Assembly (NCBI GenBank): GCA_964549615.1
Contig: CAZJVP010000099.1
Span: 64,001-128,000, forward strand
DNA: 64,000 nucleotides
Source: an uncultured Thermococci archaeon
GTDB lineage: Archaea > CAYQAE01 > CAYVLA01
Reading direction: 5' to 3'
The translations under genes were made by a program, and so were the position numbers. Shown here in pieces: positions 1-9,342 of the stretch. Under the pieces are notes generated by a model. The model ran no database searches. It was not told the origin of the DNA and saw nothing but the letters and a program-made list of their open reading frames with translations. Position 1 is the first letter of the stretch. Each line of letters starts with the position of its first letter.

Positions 1-464
1 ACGGCCATGTTCTTGGTGTCCAGTCCACGGTACTGCTTCGCGCGGACAGACTCGAGCCTGCACCCCCTCAGATTCCGCAGGCACAGGTGGTTCGGACCCA
101 TGGTGGCGTCGGCCTCCCCCCGGGCCACCGGACCCGTTAGCTCGGCAAGCCATGACGGGTCAGGGACGCAGTCCGAGTCTGTGAACGCGATGATCGAGCC
201 CCTGGCCGCCTGGACCCCTAGGTTCCGACAAAAGCCGCTTCCCCGGTTGGTCGGTGCCCGGAAAAGGCTGATGGGGCGGCTGTCGGCAAGATGCTCCAGC
301 TTTTGCCACGTGCCGTCGCTTGAGCAGTCATCCACCATGATCAGTTCGTAGCCTTCGAACTTCTGGCGGGAAAGCGACTCCACCAGCCTTTCGACCCTAT
401 TCGCATCATTGTAGATGGGGACCACTACGCTGACGACCGGGCGTCCCTCGACAAAGATCGCCAT
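1..464 (-). CDS. Glycosyltransferase family 2, truncated by window edge (absent from ORF track)
   Basis: Manual translation from ATG 464: MAIFVEGRPVVSVVVPIYND...LIMVDDCSSDGT...RNLGVQAARGSIIAFTDSDC. GT-A motifs including DxD; frame open to window start. Confidence 0.88.
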   Translation of the reverse strand, partial: MAIFVEGRPVVSVVVPIYNDANRVERLVESLSRQKFEGYELIMVDDCSSDGTWQKLEHLADSRPISLFRAPTNRGSGFCRNLGVQAARGSIIAFTDSDCVPDPSWLAELTGPVARGEADATMGPNHLCLRNLRGCRLESVRAKQYRGLDTKNMA

Positions 465-483
465 CACAGCGAGTGCCGGACGG

Positions 484-535
484 AATTTAATAAAGCGTTA
501 CGGAGTGCCGCCCCGACCAGCCAAAGGTTAAGAGC
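484..535. promoter_or_regulatory. Divergent archaeal TATA-type promoters
   Basis: AT-rich island TTTAATAAAG (486-495) about 22 nt before the minus-strand ATG 464, and AAAGGTTAAG about 28 nt before ATG 560, in otherwise GC-rich DNA. Confidence 0.5.
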
Positions 536-559
536 CGTTCTCCCCAACCCGTTCTTGCG

Positions 560-1858
560 ATGATCCTCCACCCGAGGCTGCGGTACAGGGAGATCAGGTC
601 GTTCAGCAACGAGCTCAGGACGCTGTCCGAAGTGATCCGGTTGGAACGTTTGCCCTTGGGGGCGATCAGGGATCGCCAGGCGCGGCTTCTCCGCTGGATT
701 GTGCGGTACAGCTACAGGAACGTCCCGTTCTACAGGGACTCCTTCCAGAGATGTGACATCCATCCTGATCAGATCAGGTCGACGGCCGACCTGGACAAGC
801 TGCCAGTCCTCACCAAGGAGCAGGTTGTTTGCAACTACCCCCACCGGATGGTCGCGGAAGGGTACGACTCCGAGACATCCTTTCGATGCAGGTCGAGCGG
901 AACAAGCGGCATCCCCGCCACATACCTTTCCGATTGGGCGACAAGGGATGCAAACTTCGCGCTGCTTTACAGGGCAAGATCCCTCTTCGGGTACAGGCCG
1001 AAGCATCTGGAATGCATCTTCACCTATCTGGCCCCGGCGACGAGGTGGTATCAGAGGTTAGGCTTCTGCAGGAGGATCAGAATCAGCCTACTCCAGCCGC
1101 TTGAGGATTCGATTGAACAGGCCATCCGTCTTCGCCCCGACGTCTTGTACAGTGTGCCTTCCTATCTCCGGACGCTGTGCCTGGAGGGTTCAGAACGGCT
1201 CGGCGCGCTCCCCTTGGTCTTGGTCGTTTCCTCAGGGGAGGTCCTTGACCCCAAGACCCGGGAAATCCTCCGAGAAGGCTTCAGGGCACCCGTGCTGGAT
1301 CTGTACGGCGCGGCCGAACAGCCCTATGTGGCGTCAGAGTGCCCCCTTCAAAGCGGTCTACACGTAAACATGTACAACACCCTGATCGAGGTGGCGAGGG
1401 ATGGGGAAGGGGCTGCGCCCGGTGAGACGGGCGAGATCCTCCTGACGACCTTGACGAACAGGGCGATGCCGCTCATCAGGTACCGGATGGGGGACGCAAG
1501 CCGAATTTTGCCGGACGAATGCTGCTGTGGGCGGCACGGCGAGATGCTTGACCGGATCCAGGGGCGATGCGACGACTTCCTCAAGAGTAGGACGGGACGA
1601 GAAGTTGCGGCCATAGTTGTGGAGGCTGCGGTTCTCAGCAACGCACGCGTCAAGGCGTTCAGGGTGATTCAGAGGAGCCCTTCTAGGCTTGAGATCCAAT
1701 CCGTGGGGAAGATAGAAGACGAGGCCGCGGCAAGGATCGCCGACAGCATGCGGCAAGCCCTGATGGATCAGCGCCTTGAGGTCGAGTTCCGGGATGTGGA
1801 AGCCATAGATCCGGACCCATCCGGCAAGAGAAGGGTCGTGATCCGCGAAAGCTGGTGA
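560..1858 (+). CDS. Phenylacetate-CoA ligase family (PaaK/CapK-like) adenylate-forming enzyme 1
   Basis: RSSGTSG P-loop, DLYGAAE, LIRYRMGD, GRCDDFL and C-terminal SGKRR motifs. Confidence 0.88.
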   Translation: MILHPRLRYREIRSFSNELRTLSEVIRLERLPLGAIRDRQARLLRWIVRYSYRNVPFYRDSFQRCDIHPDQIRSTADLDKLPVLTKEQVVCNYPHRMVAEGYDSETSFRCRSSGTSGIPATYLSDWATRDANFALLYRARSLFGYRPKHLECIFTYLAPATRWYQRLGFCRRIRISLLQPLEDSIEQAIRLRPDVLYSVPSYLRTLCLEGSERLGALPLVLVVSSGEVLDPKTREILREGFRAPVLDLYGAAEQPYVASECPLQSGLHVNMYNTLIEVARDGEGAAPGETGEILLTTLTNRAMPLIRYRMGDASRILPDECCCGRHGEMLDRIQGRCDDFLKSRTGREVAAIVVEAAVLSNARVKAFRVIQRSPSRLEIQSVGKIEDEAAARIADSMRQALMDQRLEVEFRDVEAIDPDPSGKRRVVIRESW

Positions 1859-1910
1859 ACGGAGCGAGGAACCCTGTTTCCGGGTCTCGGGGAACCACCT
1901 GATGCCAGGG

Positions 1911-2723
1911 TCAGGCGTGCAAGGGGCGGGGATGCTTGCGCAGAGAGCATAGCACTGGGAGGAGACGAAGCGCATGACGCTTCCCGGACACCCTCAGACG
2001 CATCGTGAGAAGTGACAGAAGCAAAGAATGGATGCGCAACGACCTGACCTCCCCCCAGACGTGGATCTGCGCGTCATGTTCCTGGCATATCGATATTCCG
2101 CCATCCTCGATCTGAACGCAGAAAGGTACAATGCCTGATAGATCGAAACTTATGTGCAGCGGCTGTCGCCCCCCCTTCCCTGAACGTGCTCGCCCGATGT
2201 CCGGCAGAACCGTTCTCAGGAACCGCTCCACCGGGCGGACCGAGAGCAACTTCGTGTAGACGGTCCCACAGTCGCGAACCAACGGTGCGCCGCTCACCTT
2301 GGACCAGAAGAACCTGCGCGTTTCGGGGGCGGCAACCCCGTAGCCGACAAGGGCCTCCCCCTCCCGGGCTATCGACCGCCTCCACATGTACAGGCTCGTC
2401 CCGATGCCCAGCCTCCTGTAGTCAGGGTGAACGACAACCAGCCCGCTTGCCGCGGGAACCACGAAGCCCGGTGCGATCTTAAGGTTCTGCAGGGTCGTCA
2501 GCCAACAGCCCACGACCGTGTTCTCCACCTCGGCCACCGCCGAGAGGTCGGCCCTGAATACGGGGCTCCTCAGGAGCGCCCACTCCAGGGATTCGTCCGA
2601 ACGCTCCCCGTACCCGGCCCTGATGATCTCGGCAACGGCCCCTAGGTCCCTGCCCTCCAAGGGCCGAATCCTCGCCCCGGCCCTGTTGGAATTCAGAACA
2701 TTGCCCCCCTCGGCACGAACCAC
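1911..2723 (-). CDS. GNAT N-acetyltransferase with SCP2-like C-terminal domain
   Basis: Motif A VVHPDYRRLGIGTSL; C-terminal beta-rich ISFDL..FCVQIEDGGISI..AQIHVWG segment. Exact start uncertain. Confidence 0.75.
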   Translation of the reverse strand: MVRAEGGNVLNSNRAGARIRPLEGRDLGAVAEIIRAGYGERSDESLEWALLRSPVFRADLSAVAEVENTVVGCWLTTLQNLKIAPGFVVPAASGLVVVHPDYRRLGIGTSLYMWRRSIAREGEALVGYGVAAPETRRFFWSKVSGAPLVRDCGTVYTKLLSVRPVERFLRTVLPDIGRARSGKGGRQPLHISFDLSGIVPFCVQIEDGGISICQEHDAQIHVWGEVRSLRIHSLLLSLLTMRLRVSGKRHALRLLPVLCSLRKHPRPLHA

Positions 2724-3460
2724 TTGGACCTAACCCGCAGTGATCTGACAAGCTTCAGCGCCCTTCGCGCATTCCAGGCGGGCGAAAAAGAAATTTTGCC
2801 CAAGATCCAGTCCCGCAGCCCGGGCCCGCCTTGGAAAAGAATCCGTCCCAGGGTGCTCTCCTCGACCGCTAGGACGACCTCCGCCGTCGAGCCCTCGCTG
2901 ACGGAGACGCCCTCCTCGGTCACCTCCACCCTAAATGCCGAAGCTGTGCCGTCCTTCCTGAGAACCCTGAGAAGATAGGTCCCTTTCGGCGGCGGAGACC
3001 TCGCGAGCACCTCGCAAAGGAGGCCGGAGGCGTTCGCCACCGAGACCGAGAAGGTTCGAAGGAGCCTCTTGCGCCCCATCCTCAGCGACTCACAGGCCTG
3101 CTTCATCACTCCGTCATCGTCAGGCGCGTTCATCACGATCCTGTCGAAGCCGCGCTCGATTGCCTGCTTCTCGGCGGCCCGGAGGAGCGATGTCATTACC
3201 GCTACCCCGTCATCATCCGGATCGTAGCAGGGATCCAGTATCTCCCCGTTCTTGGCAAGCGTTAGGCACCCGACCAGCCTATCGCCCCTGCAGGCAACAA
3301 GGACTCCTGGCCCAACCTCCGGGCGAAGGCGGTTGAACCATTTCCAAAAGTCAGGAGTCCTCGGAGTATGCCCCGCGTAGGCCGAGTAGCACTTCTCGTA
3401 TATCCGCGAGATCTCAAGTTCGTCTCCCTCTATGTAGTGGCGGACCGTGATCGGGGCCAT
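2693..3460 (-). CDS. GNAT-fold protein with SCP2-like C-terminal domain (Eis-like architecture)
   Basis: ITVRHYIEGDE..RTPDFWKWF..LVACRGDRLVG..LLRAAEKQAIERG; C-terminal FRVEVTEEGVSVSEG..LGRILF. Confidence 0.7.
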   Translation of the reverse strand: MAPITVRHYIEGDELEISRIYEKCYSAYAGHTPRTPDFWKWFNRLRPEVGPGVLVACRGDRLVGCLTLAKNGEILDPCYDPDDDGVAVMTSLLRAAEKQAIERGFDRIVMNAPDDDGVMKQACESLRMGRKRLLRTFSVSVANASGLLCEVLARSPPPKGTYLLRVLRKDGTASAFRVEVTEEGVSVSEGSTAEVVLAVEESTLGRILFQGGPGLRDWILGKISFSPAWNARRALKLVRSLRVRSKWFVPRGAMF

Positions 3461-3481
3461 ACGCGTAGGGACGTCGCCGGC

Positions 3482-3491
3482 GGCTTAAAAG
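3482..3491 (-). promoter_or_regulatory. TATA box CTTTTAAGCC (identical copy at 23612-23621)
   Basis: The same decamer lies 22-24 nt upstream of two different GNAT starts (3460 and 23588). Confidence 0.55.
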
Positions 3492-3791
3492 ACTAGCAGG
3501 GTGATAAAGACCACTTGGAAATCCCTATCCGACGGGAAGGCGGAGAGATCGAAACGCATCGATTCGTCAGATATCTGCTTTATCTGTCGCCGTCACCGGT
3601 GAGCTGGACGAAGACCGGGATGGGTCGGCGAATCCGGGACCTGCCACGTCCCGCCCCGGTCAAACGGCCCGGAAGCGATGCCATGTACCACAGATCGGCC
3701 CGCATTATCCGAGCAGAGCTAGATGAAGCGGTGCATTCTGGCCAGCTTGCAGCAAGATCCGAAGCCCGGAGCAGGAAGGCGTGGTGATGGA

Positions 3792-4763
3792 GTGAAGAAG
3801 ACAAAGATGGGCATACTAGGCCTGTGCGCGCTGGCCATAGCCCTAGCGGTAACGGCCGCGTACCTGGCCAACCAGAGGGCGCCGCGCACCTTGACCATGG
3901 CTGGAACCAGCAGATCGGGCACGGCATACTGCGTCTATGCTTACGGGGTCGAGAAAGGCATCTTCCGCAAGCATGGCGTGAACGTCAGTCTCGTGCTTTT
4001 CAAGGATGTCTACACCATGACGCTTAGCTTCATCAGCGGCAGCGTCGACGCCATACCGCTGTCGCCAAGCATTGCTGCCAGCACGTACAACGAGGGCGAG
4101 AAGTTCAGGATAGCCATGGCTCTCAGCGACTCGGCGGAGCACAAGCTCCTTGCCCGCCCGGAGATATCCGACATCTATGCCCTCAAGGGGTGCAAGCTGG
4201 GCGTCCATGGGCGCACGTCCGACGACTACAACGTGATGAAGTGGTACTTCGAAAGCAAGGGGATCGACATCGAAAACGACATGGAGGTGGTCGAGATCAG
4301 GACACCGGCCAACCTCGTGACCAGCTACATGATGGGTCAGCTGGATGCGGTTGTGCTGTGGGGCGGCTACGCCTATGATGTGGAGTCCGCAGGCGCTTCC
4401 GTCCTTCTGAGCACCACGCAAGCCCTGAAAGAGCTCATAGGGTACGCCCACTACCTCCCCGTCTTCGTGTTGAGGGATGACTTCCTCGACACCCAGAGGA
4501 CAACTGCCGACAACTTCCTTCGCGCTGTCAGGGAGATTGCAAGGGAGGTCACCGCACACCCGGACGAGGCTGCTGAGATAGTGGCAAGGTACAACGAAGA
4601 ACCCGTGGAGAAGACGAGGGCAGTCATCGCCATGACTCATTACATGGGGGATCTGGACGAGGAGGTCAAGGAAGGGATCCTCGCCTTCTTCGACTACGCG
4701 GTGCAGAAAGGATTCCTGACAGCTTCCCCGGGCGACGAGATATTCTACGACGATTGGAGGTAG
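3792..4763 (+). CDS. NitT/TauT/SsuA-family ABC transporter substrate-binding protein
   Basis: N-terminal anchor, EKGIFRKHGVNVSLV, LKGCKLGV, GQLDAVVLW, HPDEAAEIVA. GTG 3792 is preceded by GGTGA. Confidence 0.88.
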   Translation: MKKTKMGILGLCALAIALAVTAAYLANQRAPRTLTMAGTSRSGTAYCVYAYGVEKGIFRKHGVNVSLVLFKDVYTMTLSFISGSVDAIPLSPSIAASTYNEGEKFRIAMALSDSAEHKLLARPEISDIYALKGCKLGVHGRTSDDYNVMKWYFESKGIDIENDMEVVEIRTPANLVTSYMMGQLDAVVLWGGYAYDVESAGASVLLSTTQALKELIGYAHYLPVFVLRDDFLDTQRTTADNFLRAVREIAREVTAHPDEAAEIVARYNEEPVEKTRAVIAMTHYMGDLDEEVKEGILAFFDYAVQKGFLTASPGDEIFYDDWR

Positions 4764-4776
4764 GGCCCGGTCGCCT

Positions 4777-5541
4777 TCACGCCGGCTGGTATCTGCGGAC
4801 GCGTCTCTCAAGCGGCCTGAACACCAATTGGTCGAACGCCTGCAGCACCGCCACGATGACGATCGCCCATGCGAATATCTCGTCTGTCCTGAGCCTCTCC
4901 CAGGCGAAGCTTATGGCGTAGCCGATGCCGCTCTGTGCTCCGAGCACCTCGGCGATCACGCTCACCTTCCAGGCGAGCGACATGGCCACCCGGGATCCGG
5001 TCAGGATGTAGGGGAAGATGCTCGGGATGACGACGTTGGAGAAGATGGACTCCTTGCTGTGCCCGAATATCCCGGCCATCTCGACCAGCGTTTGGTCGAC
5101 GTTCCTTATCCCCTGCAGTATGTTCACGGCGAGTATGGGGAAGGCGATGGCCCACACGACGAAGATGGGCGAAAGCGAGCTGATGCCGAACCATATGATG
5201 GCAAGGACGATCCATATCGCGGAAGGTATGGACTGGAGGAAAAGGACGATCATCTCCAAAGAGGCGCGCGCCGACGGGCTGCGCCCTGTCAGGAAGCCGA
5301 GCAGCATGCTCAGCGCGAGGCCTATGCAGAATGCCAGACCGACCCTGAACAGCGTATGCGCGACATGGAACGCGATCTTGCCGGAGGATGCCAGTTGGAG
5401 AAAGGCCGCCGCGACCTCCGGAGGCGAGGGGAGAACGACGCGGGAGAACTGGGTCGATGCAGCCCACCAGATGGCGATGACAAGAGGAATCGCCAAACCC
5501 GCTGCCAAGTAGCTCGTCTTCGAGACTGACATCCTCGACAC
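4777..5541 (-). CDS. NitT/TauT ABC transporter permease
   Basis: LPSPPEVA, IPSAIWI, EAA-like loop LVEMAGIFG..VVIPSIFPYILTG, AEVLGAQSGIG. Confidence 0.92.
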   Translation of the reverse strand: MSRMSVSKTSYLAAGLAIPLVIAIWWAASTQFSRVVLPSPPEVAAAFLQLASSGKIAFHVAHTLFRVGLAFCIGLALSMLLGFLTGRSPSARASLEMIVLFLQSIPSAIWIVLAIIWFGISSLSPIFVVWAIAFPILAVNILQGIRNVDQTLVEMAGIFGHSKESIFSNVVIPSIFPYILTGSRVAMSLAWKVSVIAEVLGAQSGIGYAISFAWERLRTDEIFAWAIVIVAVLQAFDQLVFRPLERRVRRYQPA

Positions 5542-5543
5542 GT

Positions 5544-6824
5544 CTATACGGGCAGATCCGGAATGATCTGAACCCTCTTCTCGCCCCGCTCAGCGGGTAA
5601 CTCGCCCGGCCGGACCAGCTTCACCTCGAAGGTCAGGCCGGTCTTGTTCTTGAGTTCTGCGGCGACCGCCTTGACCAGTTCGTCCTCAAAAGCAGTCCTC
5701 ACCCACGAGTTCAGCTCGCAGATCAAGGCGGGATGGGATCTGGGCCTGACCTGGATGAGGAAGTTGCCCGAGAGTTCGGGACAGTGCTTGACGATCCTCT
5801 CAACCGTGCTGGGACTCACGAGAACCCCGCGGATCTTCAGCATGTCGTCGAGCCGGCTGATGTCCTCGGAGATCCTCTGATGGGTCCGACCGCATGCGCA
5901 GGGCTCCTCGCTGAGGACTTTCCCTCTGTCGCCGGTCCTGTACCTCACAAGAGGCATGGTGAACCTCTGCAAAGTGGTCACCACGATCTCCCCGACCTCC
6001 CCGGCCGCCACCTGCTCGCCGGTCTTGGGGTCCACGACCTCAAGTAGGCACACGTCGTGCCATACGTGGAGGCCGTCGTGGGCCTCGCATTCGTTCCCGA
6101 TTCCCCCGGTTTCGGTGGTGCCGTAGCTGTTGAAGAGTTCGGCGTCAAGCCTTTCCTGTATCTCCTTCCTTGTGCTTGGCTCAAGCCGCCCCGCTGTCGA
6201 AAGTGCTACCCTGAGCGGAAGCTTCGAGAAGTCGACGCCCATCTCCTCCCCGACCTGCGCGATCCTGAGATGGTAGCTTGGCACGGCGTTGAGGACCGTC
6301 GTTCCCATCGTCTTCATCAGCCAGATCTGCCTCTGGGTGTTGCCGGGGCCAGCCGGAATCACAAGGCAGCCCAGCCTCTCGGCCGAGGCGTGTCCGCTAA
6401 GCCCTGCGGCCCAGAGTCCATAGGCCAACGTCATCTGGTAGACGTCGCCCGGCCTGACGCCCCTCATCATCAGGGATCTGGCGCCGAAGTTGGCAAGGGC
6501 GTCGATGTCGCTTCTGGAGAGCAGGACGCCGGCGGGCCTGCCGCTTGACCCCGAGGTCAAGTAGAGCCTCGCCAGTTCGTCCCTGGGGACGGCGCAGAAG
6601 CCGTACGGGAAGCCGTCCACGATCACGTCCTTCGATATGAAGGGAAGCTTTGAGAACTCCTCTCTCGAGGATGGGGCCGAGGTGAAGCCGGACTGGGACC
6701 ACAGCCTCCTGTAAGTCTCCATGTTCCAGGCGTGCCTACAGATCTTGCGCAGCAGCCCTTCCTGAAGCTTGTCGAGGGCTTTCCTGGGCATCGTCTCGAT
6801 CCTCGGATGGTAGTAGTCCGTCAA
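5544..6824 (-). CDS. paaK: Phenylacetate-CoA ligase (canonical PaaK-like)
   Basis: FPYGFCAVP, TSGSSG, YGLWAAGL, PAGPGNTQRQI, NSYGTTE, RYRTGD, RLDDMLKIRGV. Confidence 0.85.
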   Translation of the reverse strand: MTDYYHPRIETMPRKALDKLQEGLLRKICRHAWNMETYRRLWSQSGFTSAPSSREEFSKLPFISKDVIVDGFPYGFCAVPRDELARLYLTSGSSGRPAGVLLSRSDIDALANFGARSLMMRGVRPGDVYQMTLAYGLWAAGLSGHASAERLGCLVIPAGPGNTQRQIWLMKTMGTTVLNAVPSYHLRIAQVGEEMGVDFSKLPLRVALSTAGRLEPSTRKEIQERLDAELFNSYGTTETGGIGNECEAHDGLHVWHDVCLLEVVDPKTGEQVAAGEVGEIVVTTLQRFTMPLVRYRTGDRGKVLSEEPCACGRTHQRISEDISRLDDMLKIRGVLVSPSTVERIVKHCPELSGNFLIQVRPRSHPALICELNSWVRTAFEDELVKAVAAELKNKTGLTFEVKLVRPGELPAERGEKRVQIIPDLPV

Positions 6825-7561
6825 GATGAACTCCCCAGCAGTCTTACGATCTCCTCCCTGACGCGCAGCAGCCGGGGGCTGGAGGGATCGCGCGGCTTCC
6901 CGTCCTCAAGCGTTATGTCGGCCTTGATCGTCGCCGGGCAGGAGGAGTAAACGATGATCCTGTCGGCCAGAAAGAGGGCCTCGTAGAGGTCGTGGGTCAC
7001 GAAGACCGTGGTCTTGTTTGCCTTCTCGATCACCAACACGAACTGCCCCAGAACCCTTTTCCTGGTTGCGACATCGAGCGAGTTGAACGGTTCGTCCATG
7101 AGGAGGAGGCTGGGTTCCAAGACGAGGGCTCTTGCCAGCGCCAGCCTCTGTTTCTCGCCGCCGGATAGGTTGGCCGGGCCATCGTTCTGCCTGTCGCCGA
7201 GTCCCACCATCTCTAGGAGCGCCAGGGACCTTGATCGCCTCGCCTCCGGGTTGGGCTCTATCGGCTCTATGCCAAACTCGACGTTGCCCAGCACGCTCCT
7301 CCAGGGCAAAAGTCTGGGCTCCTGGAAGACGTAGCCGACGCGTGTGCCGGCGGTGCCGACCGGCTTGCCGTCGATCTCCATCTTCCCCTCATCCGGCCTG
7401 ATGATGCCGGCTATGACCTTGAGGGTCGTCGTCTTGCCGCAGCCGGTGGGACCCAGGATGCAAGCGATCCCGCCGTCGTTGATGCTAAAGGAGATGCGGT
7501 CGATGACCTTTCCTCTCTGGGGAAAGGAGACTGATATGTTGTCCAGCGTCAGCGACACCAT
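6821..7561 (-). CDS. NitT/TauT ABC transporter ATP-binding protein
   Basis: Walker A GPTGCGKTT, VFQEPRLLPW, LSGGEKQR, LLMDEPF, FVTHD. Confidence 0.95.
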   Translation of the reverse strand: MVSLTLDNISVSFPQRGKVIDRISFSINDGGIACILGPTGCGKTTTLKVIAGIIRPDEGKMEIDGKPVGTAGTRVGYVFQEPRLLPWRSVLGNVEFGIEPIEPNPEARRSRSLALLEMVGLGDRQNDGPANLSGGEKQRLALARALVLEPSLLLMDEPFNSLDVATRKRVLGQFVLVIEKANKTTVFVTHDLYEALFLADRIIVYSSCPATIKADITLEDGKPRDPSSPRLLRVREEIVRLLGSSS

Positions 7562-7894
7562 GGCACGTTCAAGTAGGCAGTCTCGAGGCTGAAATACCTA
7601 TTTGGGGCATTGGCCTGAAGCCGGATCGGAGCCTGTGACAGGGATCGGATGCTCCTGAAATTCTTCAAATCCAAGATCCTCCACCGGGCAGCAGGGACTC
7701 TGCCCGAGCCGGATTCCTCGGGATACCCGGATGCCGCCTAGGACCTGAAGGCCGGACCAAGGGACTCCAGCTAGGGCGATCGCCAAGACCCGTCTCGGAT
7801 CAACAGCCGTTCCGTCGTCGCACGGGGAGAAAGGCGTGGCAATCAAGCGCCGTATGATGCACACATTGAAATCGTTAGGTTGCATTAGCCTTGG

Positions 7895-9205
7895 ATGCAA
7901 TTGATCTTCCACCCGCGCGTCAGATTCAGAGAGGGAAGGGAAGCATGCTCGAGGGCAGTCCTCCTCGCAAGACTGCACAAACTCCAACACGCCGAACCCA
8001 AGGCGATCGAGACATACACCAAGAGGAAGCTCGCCCGCATCCTTGATCACTGCCGACGAAGGATACCGTTCTACAGGGACTGGTTCACCAAAAACCCCGT
8101 GGAAAGCTACGATCTGAGCCATTTCCCGATCATCAACAAAGATACCCTGAGAACCAGCCCGACCAGCCATCTCCTGCCCGGGATAGACGAAGAGAAGTGT
8201 TGGACCAACCTCTCCTCCGGTTCAACAGGCGAGCCCATGAGATTCCTGTTCGATAGGTATACCGGGGCCGTCGTGGACAAGGCCGCGTCCTACTTCAACA
8301 TGTTCGAGTCCGGATACACGCTTAGGGACCGCTTGGGTAAGCAAGCCGTGCGGGACATCGGCAAGTGGTGGATGAAGCTTGGGATAATGAGGATGAAGGC
8401 AATCCCGATGGTGGGAGACCATTTCCAGACCATCCGGGAGCTCGTCGACTGGAGGGCAACCTGCCTCTACTTTTCTCCGTCCCTTGGCGAGGCCCTTGCG
8501 ATGGCCAACAATCAATCCAAAGAGCATCTCCGCGTCAAGTGGATCTTCACCTCCAACGAGACGCTCTTCCAGTCTGCCGCAGCCCTGCTCTCAAGCTCAT
8601 TCGAAGCCAAGGTGTTCGACAGGTATGGATCCGCCGAGTTCCCCGGAGTTGCTTGGACATGTGAAGAGAATAACTACCACATAATCCCCGAGCAGATCGT
8701 TGAGACGCTGGATTCAAGGGGGGAGCAAGTAGGACCCGGGGAGAGGGGGATCCTCGTGCTCACAACGCTCAACAATACGGTGGAGCCGCTGGTGCGGTAC
8801 GACACGCAGGACTTGGCGATCGTCGGGGACACAGACAGGTGCGGGTGCGGGAGGACATCTCCTTACCTGAGAAGAGTCGAGGGACGCATCCATGACTTTC
8901 TTGTGGACCATGACGGCTGGGGGATAAGCCCGATGATCCTTAATCCCTTGATGGACGACTACAACAACATCAGACGTTTCAAGGTGCGTCAGACCAAGAG
9001 AGGAGAGGCGGTTGTGGAGATCGTCCCAGCGAGACCCGACATCGATTTGGAAACCATACCGGCCCTCAAGGTAGTTGCTGAGAGGCTTAAGGGAAGGATC
9101 AGCCTCAAAGTCAGGGCTGTGGAGAGCGTAGAGGATACGGGCGGCAAGCGGAGGATCGTGGACTCCGCGGTCAAGCCCGATTGGCTAAGGTCCAGCGAAA
9201 GCTAG
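7895..9205 (+). CDS. PaaK/CapK-like adenylate-forming enzyme 3
   Basis: SSGSTGEP, DRYGSAE, LVRYDTQD, EGRIHDFL, GGKRR. Shares N-terminal HPRxRxRE with enzyme 1. Confidence 0.87.
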   Translation: MQLIFHPRVRFREGREACSRAVLLARLHKLQHAEPKAIETYTKRKLARILDHCRRRIPFYRDWFTKNPVESYDLSHFPIINKDTLRTSPTSHLLPGIDEEKCWTNLSSGSTGEPMRFLFDRYTGAVVDKAASYFNMFESGYTLRDRLGKQAVRDIGKWWMKLGIMRMKAIPMVGDHFQTIRELVDWRATCLYFSPSLGEALAMANNQSKEHLRVKWIFTSNETLFQSAAALLSSSFEAKVFDRYGSAEFPGVAWTCEENNYHIIPEQIVETLDSRGEQVGPGERGILVLTTLNNTVEPLVRYDTQDLAIVGDTDRCGCGRTSPYLRRVEGRIHDFLVDHDGWGISPMILNPLMDDYNNIRRFKVRQTKRGEAVVEIVPARPDIDLETIPALKVVAERLKGRISLKVRAVESVEDTGGKRRIVDSAVKPDWLRSSES

Positions 9206-9342
9206 GCACTGGACATGCGCGGGCCCGCGCCATCGATGCTGCCTATCCTGTTGGCAGGCGGCGCGATTGTCGGGCAGAAATCACCGGAACGACCACAGGA
9301 AATGGCCGCCATCCGTTCCAGTGGGCGACCTTGGCATGGGGA

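Noticed and set aside
3843-5529. Long antisense or alternate-frame ORFs (e.g. 3843-4811, 4828-5529, also 14672-15457, 31676-32518)
   Set aside because: They shadow well-supported genes, have no motifs and are expected in GC-rich DNA.
560-9205. Phenylacetate catabolic pathway
   Set aside because: No epoxidase, thioesterase, ring-cleavage or benzoyl-CoA reductase genes accompany the ligases in this window.
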